From: a virus
Length of the DNA stretch: 31,982 nucleotides
Virus record (IMG/VR): IMGVR_UViG_3300012013_000098
Span: 1 to 31,982 of that record
Reading direction: 5' to 3' (one strand)
The notes under the pieces were generated by a model. It was not told where the DNA came from. It was given only the letters and a program-made list of their open reading frames with translations, and ran no database searches. Positions 23,106 to 31,370 of the stretch are shown piece by piece. Every line of letters begins with the position of its first letter. The stretch's first letter is position 1. Position numbers and translations under genes: made by a program.

Positions 23106-25040
23106 TTAGTAGCCTTGTGTATTATCTGGTAGTGCTTCTACGAAGGAAACAAAGTATTGAAATAAATTTTCTCTGCGTATAGTTTGAACTGAATATTCTG
23201 CATCTTGGATTACGACTGCAACTGGTTGTGTGCGGTCTGGAAGATAAGCTATGACAGAAGGTGAAGCGAACATTTCTCTTAACCAAGCAGATTGTTCTTC
23301 CGTTAACCAGTCCGTTGAAGCAGTCCAGGTATTATTTAAGTCCGCTCTATAAACCGTAGTTCCGAAACGAGCAGGCTGGTTATCTTGAACTGAGTAAGTT
23401 GCTGCAGACCAATAAGCGGGAAGTTTAAATAAAGTAGAACGAGATGCATTTTGAACGAAGGTATTTCTTTTAATGAAGGTATACCAGTCTCTACCGCCTA
23501 AGGGGTTAATCCAGGTAAAGCGGATAGGTTGAAAGCCCCAACAGTTTATATCGTCTATATTTAAACAGATACTTTCTGATAGAGCCGTTGCTCCTATACC
23601 GCAAGTTCCATATGTGTCGTATGGATACAAAGCCAAGCACATCTTGTCGAAGGGCTCAGTTAAAGATGCGGTTATATTCCATTCCTGGATACATTCTAAA
23701 ACTACAGTTGAAGGATAACCAGTAGGCCCGATAAACGGTTCATTAAATTGTCCCGCCGTAGTTATTTGAAATCTAACACCTAGTGCGTAATATTGTTTTG
23801 TTGTTGTGCCGTTAAAAGTGTAATAAGTAAAACTGGTGGGCTCTTCTATTTCTGAAAAATCCCCTAACTTCTCCCAGTTTGCTCCAGTGGTTAAAGTCGG
23901 TGAAGTTGTGCCCCAGAGTTGTAGAGTTGGAAAATCTGTTCCCCATGCATTAGAAGAAGACATTTCGATATTTAAAACAGAACCAGTTGCTGCTACCATT
24001 GCCCTATAAGCAATCTCAGTAGAACCAGTTGCTCCGAAATCACAAGTTAGCCAGGTGTCGTCGAAAGAACCTATTTGAATTCCAGAAACCGGTGGGGTAA
24101 GCCCCGTAGAAATCTGACTAGGAAAAGTATCTACTGTTGGGACATAAAGGCCGAACTGCCAGTTAGGTCCGAAAATTTCCTGCTTACCTCTCGTGTAAGT
24201 AAAAGCCTGTCCTGGATTAATTTTAAAGGACTCGAGATAATTTTCCGGGCCGGATGCTCCCGTTGCTGGTGAAGGTGCAACGGAACAAGAAGGCCAGATA
24301 CCCCCGTTAGCAATCGTGTTATAAAAAGTAGAAGAACCAACAGATGCTCCGTTGTTATAAAAATCCACCACCATCGCATAAGGAAAAATCTGTGGGCCGG
24401 TTGCTGCTTCGAAATTACGGTTTAACCAGGTTAAAGTAAAATCTTCGTCCGAGCGGATTGTCTGTGGCGAGTCAGGGCAAGTAGTTAAAAATTTACCTCC
24501 GGTATCATTTACCTGACCTAGAGCCATTTCGAATTGTAATGCAAGTTCCCCTCCGGTAGCCAGCCAGGTATAATAAGGTTCTGGGTTCTGTGCAGCCGCC
24601 CAGCCGATTACTGGGGTGGTTGCATCAGGACAAGGTCTAAAGTTTGCATCTGCGTATAGACCATATGCTGGTTCTCCCACGTTGCCTAGCCCATCGTAGA
24701 TAACCGAGTTGCCGTCTATTGTGGTTGCGTATTCTTCTCCCGCTAAAATATAAACATCAGCAGCCAGAAAATCCCCCATATAAAAAGGATTAGTAGACAA
24801 CATAGGAAGATTAGACGGAATATCGAGCTGGGCCGCAACAAGTGCGTTAACGTCTATTAGACCTTTACCTTTAGGGTTAGGCGGGGTCTTAAATCTTACT
24901 TTAGGGTTATTGTCGATATAAACGTCGAATACGTATCTGAATTTAAACTCAGTCGTCTTATCCGACTCGATCATCCAGATGATTGGATTATAAGCTGCGG
25001 ACCAAAGCGGGGGTGATTGAAGGGTGTTAGTAATTGCCAT
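23106..25040 (-). CDS. Large virion (tail) structural protein
   Basis: 644 aa, with a 1-nt gap to the downstream 922-aa gene. Confidence 0.5.
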   Translation of the reverse strand: MAITNTLQSPPLWSAAYNPIIWMIESDKTTEFKFRYVFDVYIDNNPKVRFKTPPNPKGKGLIDVNALVAAQLDIPSNLPMLSTNPFYMGDFLAADVYILAGEEYATTIDGNSVIYDGLGNVGEPAYGLYADANFRPCPDATTPVIGWAAAQNPEPYYTWLATGGELALQFEMALGQVNDTGGKFLTTCPDSPQTIRSDEDFTLTWLNRNFEAATGPQIFPYAMVVDFYNNGASVGSSTFYNTIANGGIWPSCSVAPSPATGASGPENYLESFKINPGQAFTYTRGKQEIFGPNWQFGLYVPTVDTFPSQISTGLTPPVSGIQIGSFDDTWLTCDFGATGSTEIAYRAMVAATGSVLNIEMSSSNAWGTDFPTLQLWGTTSPTLTTGANWEKLGDFSEIEEPTSFTYYTFNGTTTKQYYALGVRFQITTAGQFNEPFIGPTGYPSTVVLECIQEWNITASLTEPFDKMCLALYPYDTYGTCGIGATALSESICLNIDDINCWGFQPIRFTWINPLGGRDWYTFIKRNTFVQNASRSTLFKLPAYWSAATYSVQDNQPARFGTTVYRADLNNTWTASTDWLTEEQSAWLREMFASPSVIAYLPDRTQPVAVVIQDAEYSVQTIRRENLFQYFVSFVEALPDNTQGY

Positions 25041-25044
25041 TATC

Positions 25045-25839
25045 TTACTTTATGCTTAGTTTGTTTTTGAATTTCGAGATTGCGTTTTGTAATCTCGTTT
25101 TTTCTGTGGGCAAGCCAATTGAATGCTTGGCGAACTTTGAGCTGCGCTGCTTCTGAAACTCTGAGAGGGTCATCTCCAGAAAGGGTATTGAGTAATCCCC
25201 ACCAAGATCTAGCCGTGTTAGGGACTGTAGGCGCTCCCGGTCTTCTTGGGACATCCAGTTCATCTTCTCGCTCCCGGACAAATAATCCAGCGTATTCTTT
25301 AAAGAGGAGTGTGCGGACTGCAAAAAAAAAGCATTAGCAGAACGGATAGCAGATACGGGAAGATCTAAAAATTCCTGAGCTCTTTCTGCGGTCTTAGTTG
25401 TGTCGTAATCTTCTAGCAGAATAAAATCTCCCTTCTGTTTTACGACTGGGCGGTAAAGAATTGCAGCGGCTTCGTGCATTCTAGACTGTGAATCTTTAGA
25501 GGAAAAGAAAACTTCTAAGTCGGCGAATTCACCTACTGTTAAATCTTCCACTTTAGGAAGCCCGTATTTTACGTTGTTGAATTCTATGATGGGCTGGATA
25601 ACGTCTGTGTTTCCTTTTAAGGCGTCTATCTTTAGCAGGGCTTCTTCCCAGATAAGTAGCCAGTCCTGGAATTTCAATTTCTTGAGAAGTTCGACTGGAC
25701 AGCCGGTTAAAACTTCTACAATCTGGAATTCTTTATTCTTGTCCTCTGTTGCTAGGATTGCCTGCAATTCATAGTATCTTCTAATTGTTATGTCCTCGAA
25801 GAAGTAGTTCTGGTCTTGTATTTTAAAAGTTGGTCTCAT
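25045..25839 (-). CDS. Hypothetical protein (264 aa), structural-module
   Basis: ORF with an ATGA overlap with the upstream gene. No family recognised. Confidence 0.45.
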   Translation of the reverse strand: MRPTFKIQDQNYFFEDITIRRYYELQAILATEDKNKEFQIVEVLTGCPVELLKKLKFQDWLLIWEEALLKIDALKGNTDVIQPIIEFNNVKYGLPKVEDLTVGEFADLEVFFSSKDSQSRMHEAAAILYRPVVKQKGDFILLEDYDTTKTAERAQEFLDLPVSAIRSANAFFLQSAHSSLKNTLDYLSGSEKMNWMSQEDRERLQSLTRLDLGGDYSIPFLEMTLSEFQKQRSSKFAKHSIGLPTEKTRLQNAISKFKNKLSIK

Positions 25840-26231
25840 TTTTTATTTGTTATTGCCTTTGCTATTTGTTTAACGGTTTCTTTTGCTATTAATTTACTAA
25901 TCTGTTGCAGGGTTGCTTTATCTAAGTGGGTCCAATACCTGGGCCTTATGCCTTTTTTACCTGGGCCTGGTTTAGGGTTCCATTTTTTAGTTGGTTGGGA
26001 GCCTTTATAGTAAGGTCTCGTTCCTTCGTCGGTAAACTTCCCGTATTCTAAGTAGGAAGACTTAAACTGAACGCCCCGGTCATTTTGGTAAACTTTAACA
26101 TCTATAGATGCTTTTAGTGCCCCGCCCGGTTTTTTCCTTGTACCCTTAGCCACTGGAACTTGGAATTTAAGTCTGTTCTTAATTAAAGTTTCAACCTTCT
26201 TAAAAATTCCATCTAGCTTTACGTCCGCCAT
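25836..26231 (-). CDS. HK97 gp10-like head-tail joining / tail-completion protein candidate
   Basis: 131 aa. GGALKASIDVKVY...SSYLEYGKFTDEGTRPY follows the gp10-family pattern (G-x-L-x-x-SI...Y-x-x-x-x-E-x-GT). Confidence 0.4.
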   Translation of the reverse strand: MADVKLDGIFKKVETLIKNRLKFQVPVAKGTRKKPGGALKASIDVKVYQNDRGVQFKSSYLEYGKFTDEGTRPYYKGSQPTKKWNPKPGPGKKGIRPRYWTHLDKATLQQISKLIAKETVKQIAKAITNKK

Positions 26232-26704
26232 TAGAATGCTGCTTCACATAAGTTAAACGGCGAATTGATTTGCACATCGAAAATTGCCGCCCATCCCGCA
26301 AGATTGTTATTATAAGATTCAACGAACGGGGTTATGCTGGTAATCGGGGTCATAATCTCGTAAGGAACATCGGAATAAGGGGACATAATCACCTTAGAAA
26401 AGATGTCCTGCATAATCATCAGGGTATCGTTGTGGATATTTACCTGGAGATCTTCTTCGTTCTGGGCTATATCGGCCACGACAAAAGTAAAAGTTAAAAC
26501 AAATTTACCAAAGCGGTCCATCTCTGCATTCTCTGGGACTAGGAAACAGAAGGGGTATCTTTGAAAAGTCTCGATGTCGGTTTGCATGTCAACGTCGCTG
26601 GGCTGCCCTACTTGAAAATGCTTTACGCTTAGATGCGAAAGACAAAGTTCGCCGAAAGTCTCGACGAACTGTTTATAGGTTGTGGGATTGAATACTGCTG
26701 TCAT
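26231..26704 (-). CDS. Hypothetical virion-module protein (157 aa)
   Basis: ORF with a TAATG overlap with the downstream gene. A CATACTTATAA half-motif lies 4 nt upstream of its ATG. Confidence 0.45.
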   Translation of the reverse strand: MTAVFNPTTYKQFVETFGELCLSHLSVKHFQVGQPSDVDMQTDIETFQRYPFCFLVPENAEMDRFGKFVLTFTFVVADIAQNEEDLQVNIHNDTLMIMQDIFSKVIMSPYSDVPYEIMTPITSITPFVESYNNNLAGWAAIFDVQINSPFNLCEAAF

Positions 26705-26721
26705 ATGTTTATAAGTATGAA

Positions 26722-27273
26722 TTACTCATTTTCTGCCGGGGGAATTTCATCCACGAATTCTAAAATCCAATTTCCGAATATCGTATGTTTTTTCTTTTTC
26801 CAATAAGCGAATTTCATATTGGAAATTCCCAGAAATTCCAGGGCGTCTACTAGTGCATCGAAGTTAAGAATTATTCCTTCTTCTTTGCAGGTAAGTTTAA
26901 TTGGGCGGGCTCGAAACCTCCGGGTATTCTCAGAGGGGGTTGCCCATCTTAAATTTTCCACCCGGTTATCTGAGCGGTCGTTGTTAATGTGGTCCACTTC
27001 TTTTTTATTCTCTGGATTAGGAATAAAGGTTTGCGCTACTATTCTGTGGCAAGAGAGAGTTAAAGACCTTCTTTCGAATTCACCCCGGAAAGACAGGGTG
27101 GTAGATGAATACCCAGTCCTGCTATTTACAAAGGTCTTACAGGGCCTTCCCGCCCATGTTCCGCTTCCGGGCGTTGTCCGTCTGAAATTTCCTTCTGAAC
27201 TAACTTCATAGTCGGGCCAGTCGGCGATTGTTCTCCATTCTTCGTTAGTCGTTATCTTCGTCGCTTGTGTCAT
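26722..27273 (-). CDS. HNH homing endonuclease (NUMOD4 + HNH_3)
   Basis: 183 aa. EEWRTIADWPDYEVSSEGNFRR (NUMOD4) and CHRIVAQTFIPNP...VDHINNDRSDNRVENLRWATPSEN (HNH). Overlaps the upstream gene by 29 nt. Confidence 0.85.
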   Translation of the reverse strand: MTQATKITTNEEWRTIADWPDYEVSSEGNFRRTTPGSGTWAGRPCKTFVNSRTGYSSTTLSFRGEFERRSLTLSCHRIVAQTFIPNPENKKEVDHINNDRSDNRVENLRWATPSENTRRFRARPIKLTCKEEGIILNFDALVDALEFLGISNMKFAYWKKKKHTIFGNWILEFVDEIPPAENE

Positions 27274-27721
27274 AGTCTTCTTGTTTTAATCCTGTTATTT
27301 TTTCCCACATATTATTCTGTCTTCTCATAGTAAAGACGAGGGCGGCTATTACATCCGTAATACTCGATTCTTGAACTACACTATAGTGGTTCTCGTTTAA
27401 GTCCGAAACTTGAATTCCTAGAAAGGCAATACTTTCTGCAATTCTTTCCGCGTTCTCGTTGGAGTGGGTGAGAGAGGCCTCCAGGCCCATCAGGGTAAAG
27501 TTTAACCCTTCTATTCTTTCCGCCAGGAAGTCTATAGAGTCGGTAAGGATTGTATCATCGTAGATAAAGTCCTGGGGGGAATAAAATTCCTTTTTAGTGT
27601 TGGGGATTGAACCCAGTTTTTTGCGCCGATTGGTGGCTTTGACGCCCGCGGCAATTTTAGCTTTTACCTCTGGGGTAAGGGGTTTTCTTTTAGGCCCCTG
27701 GGGGTTATTTTTTCTTGGCAT
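27245..27721 (-). CDS. Hypothetical protein with a basic N-terminus (158 aa)
   Basis: ORF. MPRKNNPQGPKRKPLTPEVKAKIAAGVKATNRRKK is followed by a helical region. Confidence 0.5.
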   Translation of the reverse strand: MPRKNNPQGPKRKPLTPEVKAKIAAGVKATNRRKKLGSIPNTKKEFYSPQDFIYDDTILTDSIDFLAERIEGLNFTLMGLEASLTHSNENAERIAESIAFLGIQVSDLNENHYSVVQESSITDVIAALVFTMRRQNNMWEKITGLKQEDYDTSDEDND

Positions 27722-27728
27722 AACTTTT

Positions 27729-27935
27729 TTAAAATAAATTTCTTTTGTGGTGAATTCGTTTAACGTCTTTGACGGTATTTAAGGGCTCGCCTAGGGCGAA
27801 TTTTAGATTACGTTCCAGGTCTTCTACCTGAATCATGAGGGCGATAACGTGGGACGGCTTACGGGCGAGTTCCAGTTGTTGTTTACGGAATTTAATTTCG
27901 TCCCGTAATTCTTGGATTAGTGGTGGGGTTAGCAT
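27729..27935 (-). CDS. Hypothetical small coiled-coil protein (68 aa)
   Basis: ORF preceded by a class A promoter and an A9 tract. Confidence 0.5.
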   Translation of the reverse strand: MLTPPLIQELRDEIKFRKQQLELARKPSHVIALMIQVEDLERNLKFALGEPLNTVKDVKRIHHKRNLF

Positions 27936-27959
27936 AACTTTTTTTTTATTATTATATAT

Positions 27960-27988
27960 ATTATATACAAATATACGGGGTAAATTTC
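27960..27988 (-). promoter_or_regulatory. Class A promoter candidate GAAAT-N6-CGTATATT-N4-TATAAT
   Basis: Minus strand reads CCGAAATTTACCCCGTATATTTGTATATAATATATATAAT. It aligns position-for-position with 28805-28833. Confidence 0.5.
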
Positions 27989-28000
27989 GGCCTACCCCGT
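27975..28000 (-). terminator. Terminator-like hairpin ACGGGGTA-N10-TACCCCGT
   Basis: 8-bp stem followed on the minus strand by ATATTTGTAT. It overlaps the class A promoter spacer. Confidence 0.5.
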
Positions 28001-28017
28001 AATATTAGCGTAATTTT

Positions 28018-28374
28018 TTATAAATAAGTATTATTATTTCCCCAACATACCCTGAGGGGGAATATCCCAGAACCCATCGGGGCGTAGTGGTCCATCAAGT
28101 AGGCCTCTAAGTCCTCCCGGTATAAAATCCCCGGGGTCTCGGTAAATTCAGACGGAAACATTTTAGTTTCGTACCGGTCGGCCCCGTTTTCTAAATCTAA
28201 TAAATCGTAATAAGGGCTAATTTCGTAGGCGCCGGGCCCGTTTGGGGAATGAAGATACAATTTTACTTCGAAAAGGTAATTTTTTTCGTCCGCAAAGGCG
28301 ATAGTTAAATCTGTGTACTTGTAAGGGTCGGGGGTGTCCCACTGTCTTACCATTAATTGACGGTTCGTTTTCAT
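28018..28374 (-). CDS. Hypothetical protein (118 aa)
   Basis: GC-rich ORF bracketed by terminator hairpins. Confidence 0.5.
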   Translation of the reverse strand: MKTNRQLMVRQWDTPDPYKYTDLTIAFADEKNYLFEVKLYLHSPNGPGAYEISPYYDLLDLENGADRYETKMFPSEFTETPGILYREDLEAYLMDHYAPMGSGIFPLRVCWGNNNTYL

Positions 28375-28392
28375 CTTTTTTTTTTAAAATAA

Positions 28393-28408
28393 GGGGGCTT
28401 TCGCCCCC
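28393..28408 (-). terminator. Rho-independent terminator GGGGGC-GAAA-GCCCCC
   Basis: 6-bp GC stem with a GAAA tetraloop on the minus strand, followed by TTATTTT. Confidence 0.65.
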
Positions 28409-28415
28409 GTGGGGG

Positions 28416-28778
28416 TTAATTTAAAACTTCTTTTTGTAATTTAGAGGTGATTTTTTCGTATTTTAACCTGAGGAAATTTGTTAATCCCGGATACGGGCGG
28501 GTGACATAGGCGTCTAAACCGGGGAGTAATTGGTTGTCCGACATAAAATTCCAGGACATAAATTCCGTAAATTCCTCCGTTGTACCATATAAGTCTATGG
28601 CTACCCAACAATTGTCGGTCGGACTGGGGTTCTCAGTATCCGGTGGGGTGGTTAAATCCTCTCTTTGAAAAGAGCGGCTAATTTCGAGGAAACTCCCGGT
28701 CTGGGAATTAAAAATTTCGATGGCGGTCTCTACCTGTTCGAGGCGGACACTGGCTGGGGTTAATTGGGTTTTTCGCAT
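28416..28778 (-). CDS. Hypothetical protein (120 aa)
   Basis: ORF preceded by a class A promoter and an A9 tract. Confidence 0.5.
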   Translation of the reverse strand: MRKTQLTPASVRLEQVETAIEIFNSQTGSFLEISRSFQREDLTTPPDTENPSPTDNCWVAIDLYGTTEEFTEFMSWNFMSDNQLLPGLDAYVTRPYPGLTNFLRLKYEKITSKLQKEVLN

Positions 28779-28804
28779 AATCTTTTTTTTTATTTATTTT
28801 ATAT

Positions 28805-28836
28805 ATTATACCATAATATACGCTAAGTATTTCCCT
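28805..28836 (-). promoter_or_regulatory. Class A promoter candidate AGGGAAATACTT-N14-TATAAT (extended -10 TGgTATAAT)
   Basis: Minus strand reads AGGGAAATACTTAGCGTATATTATGGTATAATATATAAAAT. It lies 26 nt upstream of the ATG at 28778. Confidence 0.55.
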
Positions 28837-28847
28837 TTACCCTTGTG

Positions 28848-28868
28848 AATAGCGTAATAATAGCGTAA
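28848..28868. repeat. 11-bp-period direct repeat TTACGCTATT x2 (minus-strand reading)
   Basis: AATAGCGTAA at 28848-28857 and 28859-28868. A related TAGCGTAA lies at 28006-28013, also just upstream of a class A promoter. Confidence 0.7.
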
Positions 28869-28873
28869 AAGTT

Positions 28874-30124
28874 TTACGTCCAGGTCTCTTCCGGTGGGTT
28901 CATCCTCTTCCGGCCCGCAACGGCGTATCGTGGCCCACCTTTGAAGGAGTGGGTGGCATACCTCAGGGCGTCCATCAGGTGGTTGTAGGAGTCGATGGGC
29001 TTATCTGTCCCGGTCCGGTAGGCGTAGTTGTAATATTCCTCGATTAAATTCTCAGAAGACGGGTGGACAAATACCTCGTAGGTTCTTAGCCGGTCGATAC
29101 CCGCCCTAATTGAGTCCGGGCCCTTTACGGCCGGGTTGCAATTTCTCCAGCCCAGCCTTCTCAGCGTCTCGATGGACTTAGGTTCAGCGGAGTCGGCGTA
29201 AATCGAGGCCGTCCTTGGAATTTTTAAACTGTCCATCTTAGCAGAGATGTCCTCGTTGGTGAGGCCCTGGGAATACATTAACTCTTCCACCCAAATCCTC
29301 TTACCCCTTTTATAAACTTTTACCAGTGCGGTGGGGTCGGCTGCGAAGCCCCAGTCCAGCCCGTAAACAATTTCCGCCTCTGGGTCCGGGGTAAACTCGA
29401 ATCTCCAGTTCTTAAATACCTGTCCTTCCCCGATATCTTTCCACTGGCCTTCTATATGGTGGGCGTAGTAGTCTGGGTCGTACACACCAATGTCTTCCCA
29501 CTCCTTTATCTTCTTAGGGTCCAGGTTGTCCGCGTTGTCTTTATAAGTGGTGTGGAGGTATCCGTGGTTGTGGGTCCACCTAGGGCTGGGCTGCCCATCG
29601 GGTAAGTAGAACCTTTTGTAGATCCAGTGGGACTTAGACGTCGGGTTGAATAGCAGGAATATTTTCCTGTCCGCGCCCTTCTGTCTAAATGAGTCGATTA
29701 GTTTAACATACTCCTCCTCAGAAGGTAATTCTGTAGCCTCATCTATAAGAAGGTGAGTTACACGGGCGAGTCCCTTACCCTTGGCCGTCACAGTTCCTTC
29801 TTGCAGCCTCATAGCGTGGGTGGTAATCATATTCTTAGAACCCACCGCTCTTATCTCCTCGCCCTTTATTAACAGGTATTGGGCTACCCCCCAGTCGTTA
29901 ATTAAATCCACTATGTCCCTATAAATCGAGGACGATATAGACTTCTGGGTGTATCTGGTTATAACCCCGCGGAAGTACTCTGGGGATAAAAGCTTCATTA
30001 AGAAGTATGCAGCCGCCTGGGTGGACTTCCCGGATGCACGGCCGCCCGAGATAATCCAATACGTCTTGTCGTTGTCCTGGAAGACTGGGCCGAACCACTC
30101 TAAGAACTTAAAACTCTTGGTCAT
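28874..30124 (-). CDS. terL: Terminase large subunit (PBSX/Terminase_3-like)
   Basis: Walker A GGRASGKST and Walker B HLLIDEATEL, followed by a C-terminal nuclease region. I prefer ATG 30124 (MTKSFKFLEW), which gives a 17-nt overlap with terS instead of the longer track ORF. Confidence 0.9.
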   Translation of the reverse strand: MTKSFKFLEWFGPVFQDNDKTYWIISGGRASGKSTQAAAYFLMKLLSPEYFRGVITRYTQKSISSSIYRDIVDLINDWGVAQYLLIKGEEIRAVGSKNMITTHAMRLQEGTVTAKGKGLARVTHLLIDEATELPSEEEYVKLIDSFRQKGADRKIFLLFNPTSKSHWIYKRFYLPDGQPSPRWTHNHGYLHTTYKDNADNLDPKKIKEWEDIGVYDPDYYAHHIEGQWKDIGEGQVFKNWRFEFTPDPEAEIVYGLDWGFAADPTALVKVYKRGKRIWVEELMYSQGLTNEDISAKMDSLKIPRTASIYADSAEPKSIETLRRLGWRNCNPAVKGPDSIRAGIDRLRTYEVFVHPSSENLIEEYYNYAYRTGTDKPIDSYNHLMDALRYATHSFKGGPRYAVAGRKRMNPPEETWT

Positions 30125-30506
30125 CTGAGATATCAATGATTGGTCCTGGAAGCCCGGGGGAAATCCCACCCGGTAAGATAATCTGGACGGGCGAGAAGGT
30201 GTCAATCCCGATTAACGGGGACTCGATGTAGCCCCTTTCCTTCCCACGGGTCTTTAAGTAGAAGATTGTGGCCGCCGTGTTGCCCTCCCGGATCTGTTTG
30301 AACAGCTGGGACTCCACGAAGTCCAGGGTCACTGCCTGGATACCATCGACTGCCTCTTTAAAGGCCGGGTCGTCATTATAGTACTTATAGAACTGGCTCC
30401 GGGATATCCCAGCCTGCTTAACGGCCGAGGTGACTACGCCCAGACTTTGCTCCAGCGCCGCGAGCGCCCGCTCTTTACTCTGTTCTATTTTGTTCTCTAC
30501 TGACAT
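30108..30506 (-). CDS. terS: Terminase small subunit
   Basis: 132 aa. ALEQSLGVVTSAVKQAGISRSQFYKYYNDDPAFKEAV...TAATIFYLKTRGKERGY is a typical HTH small-terminase pattern. Confidence 0.8.
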   Translation of the reverse strand: MSVENKIEQSKERALAALEQSLGVVTSAVKQAGISRSQFYKYYNDDPAFKEAVDGIQAVTLDFVESQLFKQIREGNTAATIFYLKTRGKERGYIESPLIGIDTFSPVQIILPGGISPGLPGPIIDISDDQEF

Positions 30507-30544
30507 AGGGCTAGGAAGATTATGTTTGTTGGATTGGGCTATAA

Positions 30545-31366
30545 TTATTGTTTAATTAGATGTAAGAACTCCTGCCTCGCCTTCTGGTCCTCTTTGAATA
30601 CACCCAGCATCTTAGACGTTGTGGTGTGGGTATCGTGCTTCTTTACTCCCCTCATAGCCATGCATAGATGCTGGGCTGTTATAACAACGGCTACACCTTT
30701 AGCATTTAACTCTTTCATTAGCCTTTCTGCGACTTGGGTGGTTATTCTTTCTTGGTTCTGGAAAGCCCTAGCATATAAGTCCACACAACGGGCTAGTTTA
30801 GATAACCCGACTATCTTACCGTTGGGAATGTATGCAACGTGGGCGTGTCCGAAGAACGGTGCTAGGTGGTGTTCACATAGAGAGTAGAACGGAATGTTAG
30901 TTTGGATAATCATTTCATCTGTGCCCTCAGCGTCGAATGTCGTAAAATTAAACTCTTCTGGGTTAAGAAACTCTTTTAGAAACTTAATGTATCTTCTTGG
31001 TGTTTCTTTTAGCCCTTCTCTATTAGGGTTGTCGAAGTATTCTATTACTCTTAGCATATTCTCTTCTACTTCTTTGTGTCCTTCTTGCTCCCATGGAAAT
31101 TGTATCCACTGTTGAACGGGCTCTTCCCTTTTGTCTATTAGTCCTATAAACGGTTTATCTGGAAAGAGTGCATTATATTTAGATTGGGTTGCGCCGGAGT
31201 CTATTAAATCATCTATAATTATGTCCGCCTCTTCTGGGCTGTCCACTGGGTTAAGCATTGCTGCTATGTATTGTCCACCTCTAGGTACTCCATAGTAGGT
31301 CTTTGTTCTGTCTAGAGGGAGGATAAGTTGCTTTATCTCTTCCCAGGTTATTTTTCTTTCTTGCAT
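30545..31366 (-). CDS. folE: Fusion of a Gpt-like purine phosphoribosyltransferase domain (aa 1-95) with GTP cyclohydrolase I FolE (aa 96-273)
   Basis: The N-terminal part ITWEEIK...[13 protein letters not shown]...[12 protein letters not shown]...WIQFPWEQ parallels E. coli Gpt (VTWDM...AVSRGG...IVIDDLVDTGGT...WIEQPWDM). The C-terminal part [11 protein letters not shown]...[21 protein letters not shown]...GLSKLAR...QNQERIT...HLCMAMRGV is canonical FolE. Confidence 0.8.
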   Translation of the reverse strand: MQERKITWEEIKQLILPLDRTKTYYGVPRGGQYIAAMLNPVDSPEEADIIIDDLIDSGATQSKYNALFPDKPFIGLIDKREEPVQQWIQFPWEQEGHKEVEENMLRVIEYFDNPNREGLKETPRRYIKFLKEFLNPEEFNFTTFDAEGTDEMIIQTNIPFYSLCEHHLAPFFGHAHVAYIPNGKIVGLSKLARCVDLYARAFQNQERITTQVAERLMKELNAKGVAVVITAQHLCMAMRGVKKHDTHTTTSKMLGVFKEDQKARQEFLHLIKQ

Positions 31367-31370
31367 AGTG

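Noticed and set aside
28874-30205. Long 443-aa form of terL starting at 30205
   Set aside because: The first 27 codons overlap terS by about 100 nt and encode a Pro/Arg/Ser-rich non-conserved extension. The ATG at 30124 gives the usual short overlap and a typical TerL N-terminus.
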